32,000 nt of DNA, from contig NC_010546.1 of NCBI RefSeq assembly GCF_000017845.1, positions 4,410,001 to 4,442,000 on the forward strand. The letters are read 5' to 3'. This stretch comes from Crocosphaera subtropica ATCC 51142. Its GTDB lineage: Bacteria; Cyanobacteriota; Cyanobacteriia; Cyanobacteriales; Microcystaceae. Positions 7,935-16,521 of this stretch are shown piece after piece. The notes beneath the pieces are model-generated. The model was given only the letters and a program-made list of their open reading frames with translations. It did no database searches and had not been told where the DNA came from. How positions within the stretch are numbered: the stretch's first letter is position 1; each line of letters starts with the position of its first letter. A program made the position numbers and the translations under genes.

Positions 7935-9683
7935 CTACTTTTTACTTGCTAAACCAGCTAACCCCACGCAAGCCAAAGCATTAACTCCTAGAAAAGCTCT
8001 AGAAATCTCTAGTGAGGGCATTCCCCACACCGTAGGGGACATAATAGCATGAACCGTTAAACAAGCTGCTATCCCCAAACTGGTGCCAATGGCAAACCAT
8101 TTCCAGCTACGATGACCTAACAAAATAACAATTAAAACAAAGGGGACGAACACGCTGGCTAAAAAGGGATTTAAAGCAGTAGTCCCTTCAATGGAATTAG
8201 TTAATTCTGGGATAGAACTACCCATGACACGAAACGGCCATTGAGGTAAGTCAAAGATGTAAATCCCTTGTAAAAAGAATAAACCAGAACTTCCCAACAC
8301 TAAACCCCAATTCAAAGGAAGACTAAACGTTAAATAGTTGCGTAACAAGAACGCCAGCAGATACGATCCCAACACCATTAAGAGTTTGGGTAACAACGCA
8401 ACCATACCGCCATCTATCCAAAAACGAGGGTTTAAATAGCCACTATCCCGTAACCAACGGAAAAAGTCTCGAAAGGTTATTTTACCTTTGAGAGCGAGTT
8501 TAACCGCTTCTCCTGCGTCTAATTGACCAGCACCATAATAGTTAAAGGTATCGTCTTCAACTTTACGGGAGGATTGGGTGAGAATAGCTAAAATTTCATT
8601 CGGTTTTTCCACACCAGCAGCTTTAATTAAGGCAGCCACTCCGGCTACATGAGGCGCAGCCATACTGGTTCCCTGGAACCCTGAAAACACGGAATCTCCT
8701 GTACTGGGATCGATGGTTTCTTGGAGAATTTTCCCACTTTCACTACCCCCAGGGGCTGAAATATCAACTCCGGCACCATAATTAGAATAATTCGCTTTTT
8801 TTCCGGCTGCATCAAGGGCCGAAACACTGATCACTTTAGGATATCTAGCCGGATATGAAGCTGCATTTTGATTGCTGTTTCCGGCTGCAGCAATGATGAC
8901 CACACCTTTATCATAGGCGTAGTCAATGGCATCTTTCATCACCTGGCTTTCGCCACCTCCCCCTAAACTCATATTGATAATATCAGCCCCATTATCAGCA
9001 GCAAAGCGAATGGCATCAGCAATATCAGAAACGCTTCCCCCACCCTGGGCTGATAGCACTTTTATGGGCATAATTTTCGCTTGATAAGCAATACCGGCAA
9101 CGCCATAATTATTATTGGTAGACTGGGCAATGGTTCCGGCGACATGGGTTCCGTGGCCATTATCATCGGACGCATCGTTGCGATCGTTGACGAAATCATA
9201 ACCTGAGACAAACTCGGTTTGCCGTAAATCAGGAACACGACTGACTCCAGAATCAATAACAGCGACGGTGATCCCTTCCCCTTTGGTTTCTTCCCAGGCT
9301 CTTTCGACATGGATATTGTGTAAGTTCCATTGTTTACTATAGTCTGGGTCGTTGGGGGTTTCTAAAGCGTGATAAATGTAGTTCGGTTCGATATAATCGA
9401 CGTACTGTTTTAAGGAAGAGTGTTTAAGACTATTTAATAGTTGTTTGTCTCCTGAAACGGTGTATATATGTTCGTCGATCGCATAGATACTATTGAGACT
9501 TGCAGACTTGTTATAGTTAGTTGCGATCGCTTCTATTTGTTCAGTGAGGGTTGTCGTTGAAACATCTTCTCGGAAATTAACAATAATTGATTCATAGTCG
9601 CCTTGGGTAGCCAGTCCTTGAAAATTCATCAAAGCAACCCATAAGCCCACTATAAATAAAATGAGGAATAAAAGTTTCTTCAT
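7935..9683 (-). CDS. S8 (subtilisin-family) serine peptidase with a C-terminal polytopic membrane domain
   Basis: 582 aa. Signal/anchor MKKLLFLILFIVGLWVAL. Catalytic triad motifs VAVIDSGV (D), HGTHVAGT (H) and GTSMAAPHVAG (S). The last ~180 aa contain several hydrophobic helices. Confidence 0.9.
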   Translation of the reverse strand: MKKLLFLILFIVGLWVALMNFQGLATQGDYESIIVNFREDVSTTTLTEQIEAIATNYNKSASLNSIYAIDEHIYTVSGDKQLLNSLKHSSLKQYVDYIEPNYIYHALETPNDPDYSKQWNLHNIHVERAWEETKGEGITVAVIDSGVSRVPDLRQTEFVSGYDFVNDRNDASDDNGHGTHVAGTIAQSTNNNYGVAGIAYQAKIMPIKVLSAQGGGSVSDIADAIRFAADNGADIINMSLGGGGESQVMKDAIDYAYDKGVVIIAAAGNSNQNAASYPARYPKVISVSALDAAGKKANYSNYGAGVDISAPGGSESGKILQETIDPSTGDSVFSGFQGTSMAAPHVAGVAALIKAAGVEKPNEILAILTQSSRKVEDDTFNYYGAGQLDAGEAVKLALKGKITFRDFFRWLRDSGYLNPRFWIDGGMVALLPKLLMVLGSYLLAFLLRNYLTFSLPLNWGLVLGSSGLFFLQGIYIFDLPQWPFRVMGSSIPELTNSIEGTTALNPFLASVFVPFVLIVILLGHRSWKWFAIGTSLGIAACLTVHAIMSPTVWGMPSLEISRAFLGVNALACVGLAGLASKK

Positions 9684-9832
9684 GGTTATGACCTTTCCTA
9701 ATAGGGCCTGATGTTCTTAAGGATAGCGTATTGTTGTTGATGTGGTTTCTTGTTTGGTATAAGAACCATCTTAGGTTACGTTATGATCGGTTAAGTCAGT
9801 CATAGAGACTAATCAAGTCGAGGTGATTATAA

Positions 9833-9991
9833 ATGTCTCCAAAATTTCCAATCTGGTTACTCGGTTTATTGTTAGTTTTAACAGCTACCTTAACCACCCA
9901 ATATTTTCAATATGCCATGATGGGCTTAACTGTTTTTGTTTTGGCCTATTTAACGAAAGGAATGCGAAAGCATAACAAGAAGTATCAATAA
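9833..9991 (+). CDS. small hypothetical membrane protein (52 aa, below the ORF-track cut-off)
   Basis: ATG at 9833 is preceded by GAGGTGA (9820-9826) and the frame ends at TAA 9989-9991. The product MSPKFPIWLLGLLLVLTATLTTQYFQYAMMGLTVFVLAYLTKGMRKHNKKYQ has two hydrophobic helices and a basic tail. Confidence 0.4.
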   Translation: MSPKFPIWLLGLLLVLTATLTTQYFQYAMMGLTVFVLAYLTKGMRKHNKKYQ

Positions 9992-9992
9992 A

Positions 9993-10649
9993 TTAGAGAA
10001 TTCGGAAAGAATCAAAAAAACTGATAATTGTTTCCGAGATAGTATCGGTTTGATTCTTGTTAGCTGCTGCTAAAACGTAAATCCTATCATTAATTAAATA
10101 AACTCGAAAACTGATTAACTCATCTTCATTTTCCATCATTAGTTCTTTGCCGATATAGTTCTCAAAACTAACATTTTTATCGGTAATTAAAGTAAAATTT
10201 GTTTTGTTGATAATTCCTTGTTTAACTTGATCTAGTAATTGTTCTTTATTGGTGATTTGATTCGGATTTAATCGATGAGAATAGGCAGCAACAAAACGAT
10301 AATTTTTGGGATGAGTCGCTAACACTTCAAAGGATAGATTATTATTTCCTAAATCAAGGACAACATTTTCAGAACTTTGTATTCCTTGGGGTATCCAAAC
10401 GGAAAAATCACCCTCTTGAAAGATAAATTTTTGCCAGCGAAGTTGTCCTGTATCAATGGTTAACAGTTGGGAAGGATGTTCGATAGTATTAGATTCAGAT
10501 TGTTGTTGCAATCGTTGGATCTCTTGATCCATTAACCTTTGTCCATCCCTAAAAAAAGTCGGGCGATCTAGTCTTCCTTGTCCTAATATTTGTCCCAGAG
10601 GATAATAGGAACAACTAAAAATAATGATAGATAAAACAATCTTTTTCAT
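9993..10649 (-). CDS. hypothetical secreted protein
   Basis: Signal-peptide-like N-terminus MKKIVLSIIIFSCSYYPLG. The ATG at 10649 overlaps the upstream gene's TGA as ATGA, which implies translational coupling. I recognise no family. Confidence 0.6.
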   Translation of the reverse strand: MKKIVLSIIIFSCSYYPLGQILGQGRLDRPTFFRDGQRLMDQEIQRLQQQSESNTIEHPSQLLTIDTGQLRWQKFIFQEGDFSVWIPQGIQSSENVVLDLGNNNLSFEVLATHPKNYRFVAAYSHRLNPNQITNKEQLLDQVKQGIINKTNFTLITDKNVSFENYIGKELMMENEDELISFRVYLINDRIYVLAAANKNQTDTISETIISFFDSFRIL

Positions 10650-11230
10650 TGCACTAACTCGCATTCAATTAAACGCATAAAGCAAAAAGTCGCCATTTTA
10701 AACCCATAGGGAGACTTCCACCAAATCGCAGGAAAAGACCCTTTGGGAGCAGATAGGCTAAAATCCCAATTAGGATAGTTATTCCCTTCCCATTGTCCAT
10801 TTTTACGCCATCCCACGCGATCGCCATACTTCTGTAGGATATTGACATTTTGACTACGGAGGGTGTCTATACTTCCTCCTACTTCCATGTAAAGACGCAA
10901 CTGGATACTAAACCCAAAGCGATCGCTACTATAGTCTCGCCATAGTCTATCAATGACTTGTAAGATGTTACAGGGTAGTTGTTTCATGTCGTTAGGGGTG
11001 AGATCCTCCCGACTACGGTTAACTGCATCCAGGATCACTCGACTGGTTTCTTGATCCGCTTCTTTGAACTTTCCTGCTTTCAAAAATTCTTGTAATTGGC
11101 TATATCTATCGATATCTGAAACTAATTTTAATTTTTCTTCTAAATATAAGACTTTTTCTTTTAGAAACTGCACTTCACTTAAAATTGCAGATAGATCCGA
11201 GTTATTTTCTGGGGTGACAGATTCAGTCAT
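10646..11230 (-). CDS. GUN4-domain protein
   Basis: C-terminal GUN4 signature (DLTPNDMKQLPCNILQVIDRLWRDYSSDRFGFSIQLRLY...GWRKNGQW...FSLSAPKGSFP) with an N-terminal coiled-coil segment. The ATG at 11230 is preferred over the TTG at 11254. Confidence 0.8.
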   Translation of the reverse strand: MTESVTPENNSDLSAILSEVQFLKEKVLYLEEKLKLVSDIDRYSQLQEFLKAGKFKEADQETSRVILDAVNRSREDLTPNDMKQLPCNILQVIDRLWRDYSSDRFGFSIQLRLYMEVGGSIDTLRSQNVNILQKYGDRVGWRKNGQWEGNNYPNWDFSLSAPKGSFPAIWWKSPYGFKMATFCFMRLIECELVQ

Positions 11231-11350
11231 AATCAATTCTAGGTAACAAATCAATGATATCTTAAGAAAGTTCAGACAAATCTCAGGAAATTTTCATTTC
11301 TTTCTGTTTTAATGATATTACATTCCTGAAACAACAGTCTATTGCTTTTT

Positions 11351-11358
11351 TGTATAAT
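11351..11358 (+). promoter_or_regulatory. candidate extended -10 element (TGTATAAT) upstream of arsM
   Basis: TGnTATAAT consensus 27 nt upstream of the ATG at 11385. No convincing -35 element. This is a sequence-pattern call only. Confidence 0.3.
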
Positions 11359-11384
11359 TAATTTAAGGTAGTTTACGGCGAAAC

Positions 11385-12575
11385 ATGGTAACATCTCATT
11401 CTTCAAACTCTGTTGGTTATGATATCGAAAAAACTGTCCTGGATCGTTATCAAGAAGGGGCAAAAGTTCAACAACCTAGTTTATGTTGTCCCACGGAATA
11501 TGAGGGTAACTATTTAGAAATTTTGCCCCAAGAAATTATCGAAAAAGATTACGGCTGTGGTGATCCGACTCGTTATGTGGATGAAGGGGAAACAGTTTTA
11601 GATTTAGGATCGGGAACGGGAAAAAATTGTTATATTTTAGCCAAAAAAGTGGGTAAAACTGGTCAAGTGATTGGGGTTGATTTTAATGATGAGATGTTGA
11701 AAATCGCCCGTAAATATCAACAAGAAATTGCGAATAAAATTGGAACTCATAATACTAAATTTATCAAGGGAAAGATACAAGATTTAACCCTAGATTTAGA
11801 CTTAGTTGAAAGTTGGTTACGGGATCATCCGATTCAATCAGTAGATGATTTAAGTCGGTTTGAAAGTGAATGCGATCGCTTACGGAAAGAAACTCCTTTA
11901 GTAGCAGATGATAGCATTGATGTAGTCATTTCTAACTGTGTTTTGAACTTGGTTAAACCTGATGATAAACAACAGTTATTTGAAGAACTGTATCGGGTTT
12001 TAAAGCGTGGCGGAAGGGCAGTTATTTCTGATATTGTCTGTGATGAAGATCCCACCGAAAACATTTTTAATGATCCCGATTTATGGAGTGGTTGTATTGC
12101 CGGAGCATTCCGAGAAGATGAATTTTTAAAGATGTTTGAAAAAGTGGGATTTTATGGGGTAGAAATTCTAAAACGGGAGGAAACCCCTTGGCAAGTTATT
12201 GATGGTGTGGAATTTCGTTCCATGACTATTCGTGCTTATAAAGGAAAAGAAGGACCTTGTTTAGAAAGAAAACAATCAATTATTTATAAAGGGCCTTGGA
12301 AACAAGTTCAAGACGATGATGGACACATTTTTTGTCGGGGAGAAAGGATGGCAGTTTGTGATAAGACTTATCATATTTTAACCCGTGCCGAAAGTCCTTA
12401 TCAAGCAGATATTATTGGGGTTCCTCCTTATCAAGAAATACCCTTAGAAGAAGCAACGGAATTTAGTTGCAAAAATAAGGCAATTCGTCATCCTAAAGAA
12501 ACCAAAGGCAGTAACTATCATCTCACAGAAATAAAAGAAGATATGGACTGTTGTACTCCTGGAGAATGTTGTTAA
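11385..12575 (+). CDS. arsM: arsenite S-adenosylmethionine methyltransferase
   Basis: 396 aa. SAM motif VLDLGSGTGKNC, plus the ArsM-type conserved cysteines in context (LCCPTEYEG, DYGCGDP, ISNCVLNL, WSGCIAGA). It has a C-terminal domain as in three-domain ArsMs and ends in DCCTPGECC. Confidence 0.85.
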   Translation: MVTSHSSNSVGYDIEKTVLDRYQEGAKVQQPSLCCPTEYEGNYLEILPQEIIEKDYGCGDPTRYVDEGETVLDLGSGTGKNCYILAKKVGKTGQVIGVDFNDEMLKIARKYQQEIANKIGTHNTKFIKGKIQDLTLDLDLVESWLRDHPIQSVDDLSRFESECDRLRKETPLVADDSIDVVISNCVLNLVKPDDKQQLFEELYRVLKRGGRAVISDIVCDEDPTENIFNDPDLWSGCIAGAFREDEFLKMFEKVGFYGVEILKREETPWQVIDGVEFRSMTIRAYKGKEGPCLERKQSIIYKGPWKQVQDDDGHIFCRGERMAVCDKTYHILTRAESPYQADIIGVPPYQEIPLEEATEFSCKNKAIRHPKETKGSNYHLTEIKEDMDCCTPGECC

Positions 12576-12583
12576 TTATTGAT

Positions 12584-12644
12584 TTGTTAACAGTGATTAT
12601 TAAGCGCACCGCTTTGCGGATCTCTTCGAGATCGCTGTTAACAA
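12584..12644. repeat. 61-bp inverted-repeat insert (miniature MITE-like element or compound hairpin) between arsM and arsS
   Basis: Terminal inverted repeat ttgttaacag(tgat) / (atcg)ctgttaacaa. Internal hairpins ccgc-ttt-gcgg and gatctc-ttc-gagatc. The 8-bp direct repeat TTATTGAT lies at 12576-12583, directly abutting the element, and again at 12646-12653, one base past its right end. Confidence 0.55.
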
Positions 12645-12653
12645 CTTATTGAT

Positions 12654-13661
12654 ATGGAGAAAAAAATGATTACTTTAAATACGAATCAACTCACCCCATT
12701 TCATCAGAAAATCAAACATCCTTTAAATAAACAAAGAATAACTGTATTACAAATCAATTTAGGTCGACGTTGTAATCTTGCTTGTAACCATTGTCATGTA
12801 GAAGCAAGTCCCAAACGGACAGAAGAATTATCACCCAAAATTTGTCAACAATTAATTGAATTAATTAACCGCTTTCCACAAATTGAAACCGTAGATTTAA
12901 CGGGAGGCGCACCGGAAATGAACTACGGGTTTAAACCCTTAGTTGAAGCAGCTAGAAACATTAAAAAAGAAGTGATTGTACGCTCCAATTTAACCATATT
13001 TTTTGAGACTGGTTTTGAAGATTTACCCGAATATTTTGCTAAAAATCAGTTAAGAGTCATTGCTTCTTTACCTTGTTATTTAGAGGATAATGTAGATAAA
13101 CAAAGAGGTAAAGGGGTTTATGATGCTTCTATTCGTGCTATTCAAAAACTTAATCAATTGGGTTATGGAAATGATCCCAATTTAATCTTAGATTTAGTTT
13201 ATAATCCTCCCATTCCTAGCAACGAAAACTTTTCTTTAACTCCCAATCAAGTTAGTTTAGAAAAAGATTATCAGACTTTTCTTAAAGATAATTTTGATAT
13301 TAAATTTGATCAACTGTTTACTATTACTAATTTACCCATTGGCAGAGTAAAAAAGTATTTAAAACATAAAAAATTATATGATTCTTATCTGCAATTTTTA
13401 GAGTCTCATTATAACCCCCAAACTCTCGATTATGTTATGTGTCGTAATCAAATTTCTGTTGATTATTTAGGGAATATTTATGACTGTGATTTTAATCAAA
13501 TGGAGAATATTACAGCTACCTTACCCGATGGGAAACCTTTAACCGTAGAAACTTTATTAAAAATGGGTAATTTAGACGTTATTAATGACATCAAAACGGC
13601 TGATTACTGTTATGGTTGTACTGCCGGAAGCGGTTCGAGTTGTGGGGGTTCATTAATTTGA
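12654..13661 (+). CDS. arsS: arsenosugar-biosynthesis radical SAM protein (radical SAM/Cys-rich family, TIGR04167-type)
   Basis: 335 aa. CX3CX2C cluster motif (RRCNLACNHCH) and the characteristic C-terminal Cys-rich tail ADYCYGCTAGSGSSCGG. It sits immediately downstream of arsM. Confidence 0.8.
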   Translation: MEKKMITLNTNQLTPFHQKIKHPLNKQRITVLQINLGRRCNLACNHCHVEASPKRTEELSPKICQQLIELINRFPQIETVDLTGGAPEMNYGFKPLVEAARNIKKEVIVRSNLTIFFETGFEDLPEYFAKNQLRVIASLPCYLEDNVDKQRGKGVYDASIRAIQKLNQLGYGNDPNLILDLVYNPPIPSNENFSLTPNQVSLEKDYQTFLKDNFDIKFDQLFTITNLPIGRVKKYLKHKKLYDSYLQFLESHYNPQTLDYVMCRNQISVDYLGNIYDCDFNQMENITATLPDGKPLTVETLLKMGNLDVINDIKTADYCYGCTAGSGSSCGGSLI

Positions 13662-13692
13662 TTTATTGGGGGATTAAACCCAGGAGAAACCC

Positions 13693-14424
13693 ATGAAACA
13701 TAAGAAAGAATCAAGGCGACGACTGTTGAAATTAGGAGGTATTACTGTGTTAACGGCTGCTTCAATAATTATTATAAAACAGCTAGGAGTTTTAGATGCT
13801 TTTAGTATCACTGAAACTCTACAAAATTTATTACAATGGATACAAGATTTAGGAACGATTGGTTATTTAATCTTTACTTTAGTATATATATTATCAGCCG
13901 TTTTATTAATTCCTGCGTCTATTTTAACCTTGGGTGCCGGCGCTATTTTCGATGTGGTGAAAGGTTCTATTTTAGTTTCTATTGCATCGATGTTAGGAGC
14001 AATTGTAGCATTTTTAATCGGACGTTATTTTGCCAGAGGATGGGTTTCTAAACAAATACAAAAATATCCAAAATTTCAAGTGGTTGATGAAGCGGTGGCA
14101 CAAGAAGGATGGAAAATTGTGGGATTAACTCGCTTATCTCCTGTACTTCCTTTTGTTATTTTAAACTATGCTTTTGGTATTACTCAAGTCTCCTTAAAAG
14201 ATTATATAACCGCTTCTTGGATAGGAATGTTACCGGGGACAATCATGTATGTTTATCTTGGTTCTCTTATTGGTAATATTGCCACGTTAGGGGCAGGAGG
14301 AAGGGAAAGAACCTCTTTAGAATGGGCATTATATATTGTTGGATTAATCGCTACGGTATTAGTCACGGTTTATGTTACTAAAGTGTCTCAAAATGCCTTA
14401 AATAATCAAATTGAGAAAACTTAA
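13693..14424 (+). CDS. TVP38/TMEM64 (DedA/SNARE-associated) family membrane protein
   Basis: 243 aa, polytopic. Family motifs include LLIPASILTLGAGAIFD..G, IGRYFARGWV and GLTRLSPVLPFVILNYAFGIT. It starts 31 nt after arsS and is preceded by AGGAG. Confidence 0.8.
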   Translation: MKHKKESRRRLLKLGGITVLTAASIIIIKQLGVLDAFSITETLQNLLQWIQDLGTIGYLIFTLVYILSAVLLIPASILTLGAGAIFDVVKGSILVSIASMLGAIVAFLIGRYFARGWVSKQIQKYPKFQVVDEAVAQEGWKIVGLTRLSPVLPFVILNYAFGITQVSLKDYITASWIGMLPGTIMYVYLGSLIGNIATLGAGGRERTSLEWALYIVGLIATVLVTVYVTKVSQNALNNQIEKT

Positions 14425-14520
14425 ACTGCACAAAAGATAAGAATTTATTTTCTGTTCTTGGTTATTGAGTTTTCCTGTCCTGGTGCAAGATATCAGTCTG
14501 TAAATTATCAAGAGAGAAAC

Positions 14521-14549
14521 AAAAAAGCCCACTATAAAGTAGGCTTTTT
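14521..14549. terminator. bidirectional rho-independent terminator between the TVP38 gene and ndhD
   Basis: aaaaaagcccact-ataa-agtaggcttttt forms a 9-bp stem with one mismatch. It is flanked by an A-run on one side and a T-run on the other, so it reads as hairpin plus U-tract on both strands. Confidence 0.6.
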
Positions 14550-14572
14550 AATGATAGAAATCGGCTTGATTT

Positions 14573-16159
14573 CTATTTAATCATTGGTGCTTTAACCGCC
14601 ATATCATAGCGGGAAGCCACTTCCATTTCTTCCACTAAACTAGGCACAGATTGACGCAATAGTGTAGTAAGTTGTGTGGTGGTTGAATCATAAATCTGAG
14701 TGACAATTTTAGGATACAAACCAATACCAATAATAGGGATTAACAAACACCCAATAATAAACACTTCTCTGGGTTCTGCGTCAATGAGTTTGGTATGAGA
14801 TACTAACTCTTTATTCTCAGGTCCATACAACATTTCCCGTAACATGGACAGTAAATAAATGGGTGTTAAAATGACACCAACAGCAGCTAAAAAGACGATG
14901 ATAACTTTAAATGTAGAGTTATAAGCGTCGCTAGTAGCAAAACCGACAAACACCATTAATTCTGCTACAAACCCACTCATTCCTGGCAATGCTAAAGAAG
15001 CCATCGAACAGGTGGTCCACATGGCAAACACCTTCTTCATTTTCTTCCCAACACCGCCCATTTCGTCTAACATCAGGGTATGAGTCCGATCGTAGGTTGC
15101 CCCGACCATAAAGAAGAGACTCGCCCCAATTAAACCGTGGGAAATCATCTGTAACATAGCCCCACTAACTCCAATGTCAGTAAACGACGCTATCCCTATC
15201 AAGACAAACCCCATGTGAGAGATAGAAGAATAGGCGATTTTTCGTTTTAAGTTTCGTTGTGCAAAGGAGGTTAAGGCTGCATAGATAATATTAACCACCC
15301 CTAAAATGACTAACACCGGGGCAAAATAGGCGTGGGCATCTGGCAACATCCCGGCATTCATCCGTAGCAGGGCATAACCCCCCATTTTTAAGAGAATACC
15401 CGCCAGTAACATATGGGCCGGGGCTGTGGCTTCCCCGTGGGCATCCGGTAGCCAAGTATGCAGGGGAAAGATAGGCAACTTGACACCGTAGGCGATGAGA
15501 AAGCCAGCATACAAGAAGAGTTGTAACTTTAACGGGATATCTTTCGCTGCAATGGCACTCATATCAAAGGTGACAGTATCCCCAAAAAAGGCCATGGTTA
15601 AAGCACCCACCAGGATAAACAAAGAACCGCCAGCCGTGTAGAGGATAAACTTAGTGGCCGCGTAAAGTCTCCGTTTTCCACCCCATATCGACAAAATCAG
15701 ATAAACCGGGACTAATTCCAATTCCCACACTAGGAAGAACAATAACATATCCTGTACAGCAAAGACCGCTATTTGTCCCCCGTACATGGCTAACATCAGA
15801 AAATAAAAGAGTTTGGGTTTGAACGTAACTGGCCAAGCGGCCATCGTTGCCAAGGTGGTGATAAAGCCAGTTAATAAAATTAGAGGCATTGCCAACCCAT
15901 CGGCCCCCACAGACCATTTCAAGTCCAGTTCTGGGACCCAAGCATAGCTTTCTACTAACTGTAGGTTAGGGTTGCTCAGGTCATAGCCCGTATAAAAAGC
16001 GTATACAATAATAGCAAAATCGATTAAACCCACCGTTAAAGCGTACCAGCGCACTGTTTTACCATCTTTATCGGGAATGATGGGTATTAACAAGGCTGCC
16101 ACAATGGGAAAGAGAATAATGGTGGTTAACCAAGGAAAATTAGCAAGGTTCATTGACAT
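14573..16159 (-). CDS. ndhD: NAD(P)H-quinone oxidoreductase (NDH-1) subunit 4
   Basis: 528 aa, polytopic. [58 protein letters not shown] and [13 protein letters not shown] are all typical of NdhD/NuoM. Confidence 0.95.
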   Translation of the reverse strand: MSMNLANFPWLTTIILFPIVAALLIPIIPDKDGKTVRWYALTVGLIDFAIIVYAFYTGYDLSNPNLQLVESYAWVPELDLKWSVGADGLAMPLILLTGFITTLATMAAWPVTFKPKLFYFLMLAMYGGQIAVFAVQDMLLFFLVWELELVPVYLILSIWGGKRRLYAATKFILYTAGGSLFILVGALTMAFFGDTVTFDMSAIAAKDIPLKLQLFLYAGFLIAYGVKLPIFPLHTWLPDAHGEATAPAHMLLAGILLKMGGYALLRMNAGMLPDAHAYFAPVLVILGVVNIIYAALTSFAQRNLKRKIAYSSISHMGFVLIGIASFTDIGVSGAMLQMISHGLIGASLFFMVGATYDRTHTLMLDEMGGVGKKMKKVFAMWTTCSMASLALPGMSGFVAELMVFVGFATSDAYNSTFKVIIVFLAAVGVILTPIYLLSMLREMLYGPENKELVSHTKLIDAEPREVFIIGCLLIPIIGIGLYPKIVTQIYDSTTTQLTTLLRQSVPSLVEEMEVASRYDMAVKAPMIK

Positions 16160-16483
16160 TTTCTAAGCATTCATCAATATCTTGGGTATTGGTTAGGAGT
16201 CAGGAGTCAGTCGGGGCTTAATTATATTCACCCTGTACAGGAGTCAGTTGTCAGTGGTAGTCAACTTCAATCATCTATTGCCTGTTACCTTGTTCCTGTT
16301 GCCTTAGACTCAACCCGTTAATGTATGATCGTAGTAGAAGGTTTAATTGTGAGGACACATAACAATCCAGACGATCACCATTCACTCCTAAATCTAACAA
16401 GATTTTTCTAGAGATACTATTGTAAAAATCTTAAATTTTTTGAAAATTTTAGTATTTTTAAAGATAATACACTGATAAAAACT

Positions 16484-16511
16484 AACTGATAACTGATAAT
16501 TGATGACTGAT
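16484..16511. repeat. tandem heptamer repeat (AACTGAT x4, imperfect)
   Basis: The run aactgat aactgat aattgat gactgat lies directly upstream of the 16522 start. A second heptamer run, aggagtc aggagtc, is at 16195-16208, with a further aggagtcag at 16239. Similar CAGTTAT/CTGATAA motifs recur at about 28030 and about 29150. Confidence 0.6.
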
Positions 16512-16521
16512 AAATTTTATT

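Noticed and set aside
11272-11463. 63-aa minus-strand ORF overlapping the arsM start and its promoter region.
   Set aside because: It overlaps the 5' end of a confidently called gene and the TGTATAAT element. It has no recognisable motif, no SD and odd composition.
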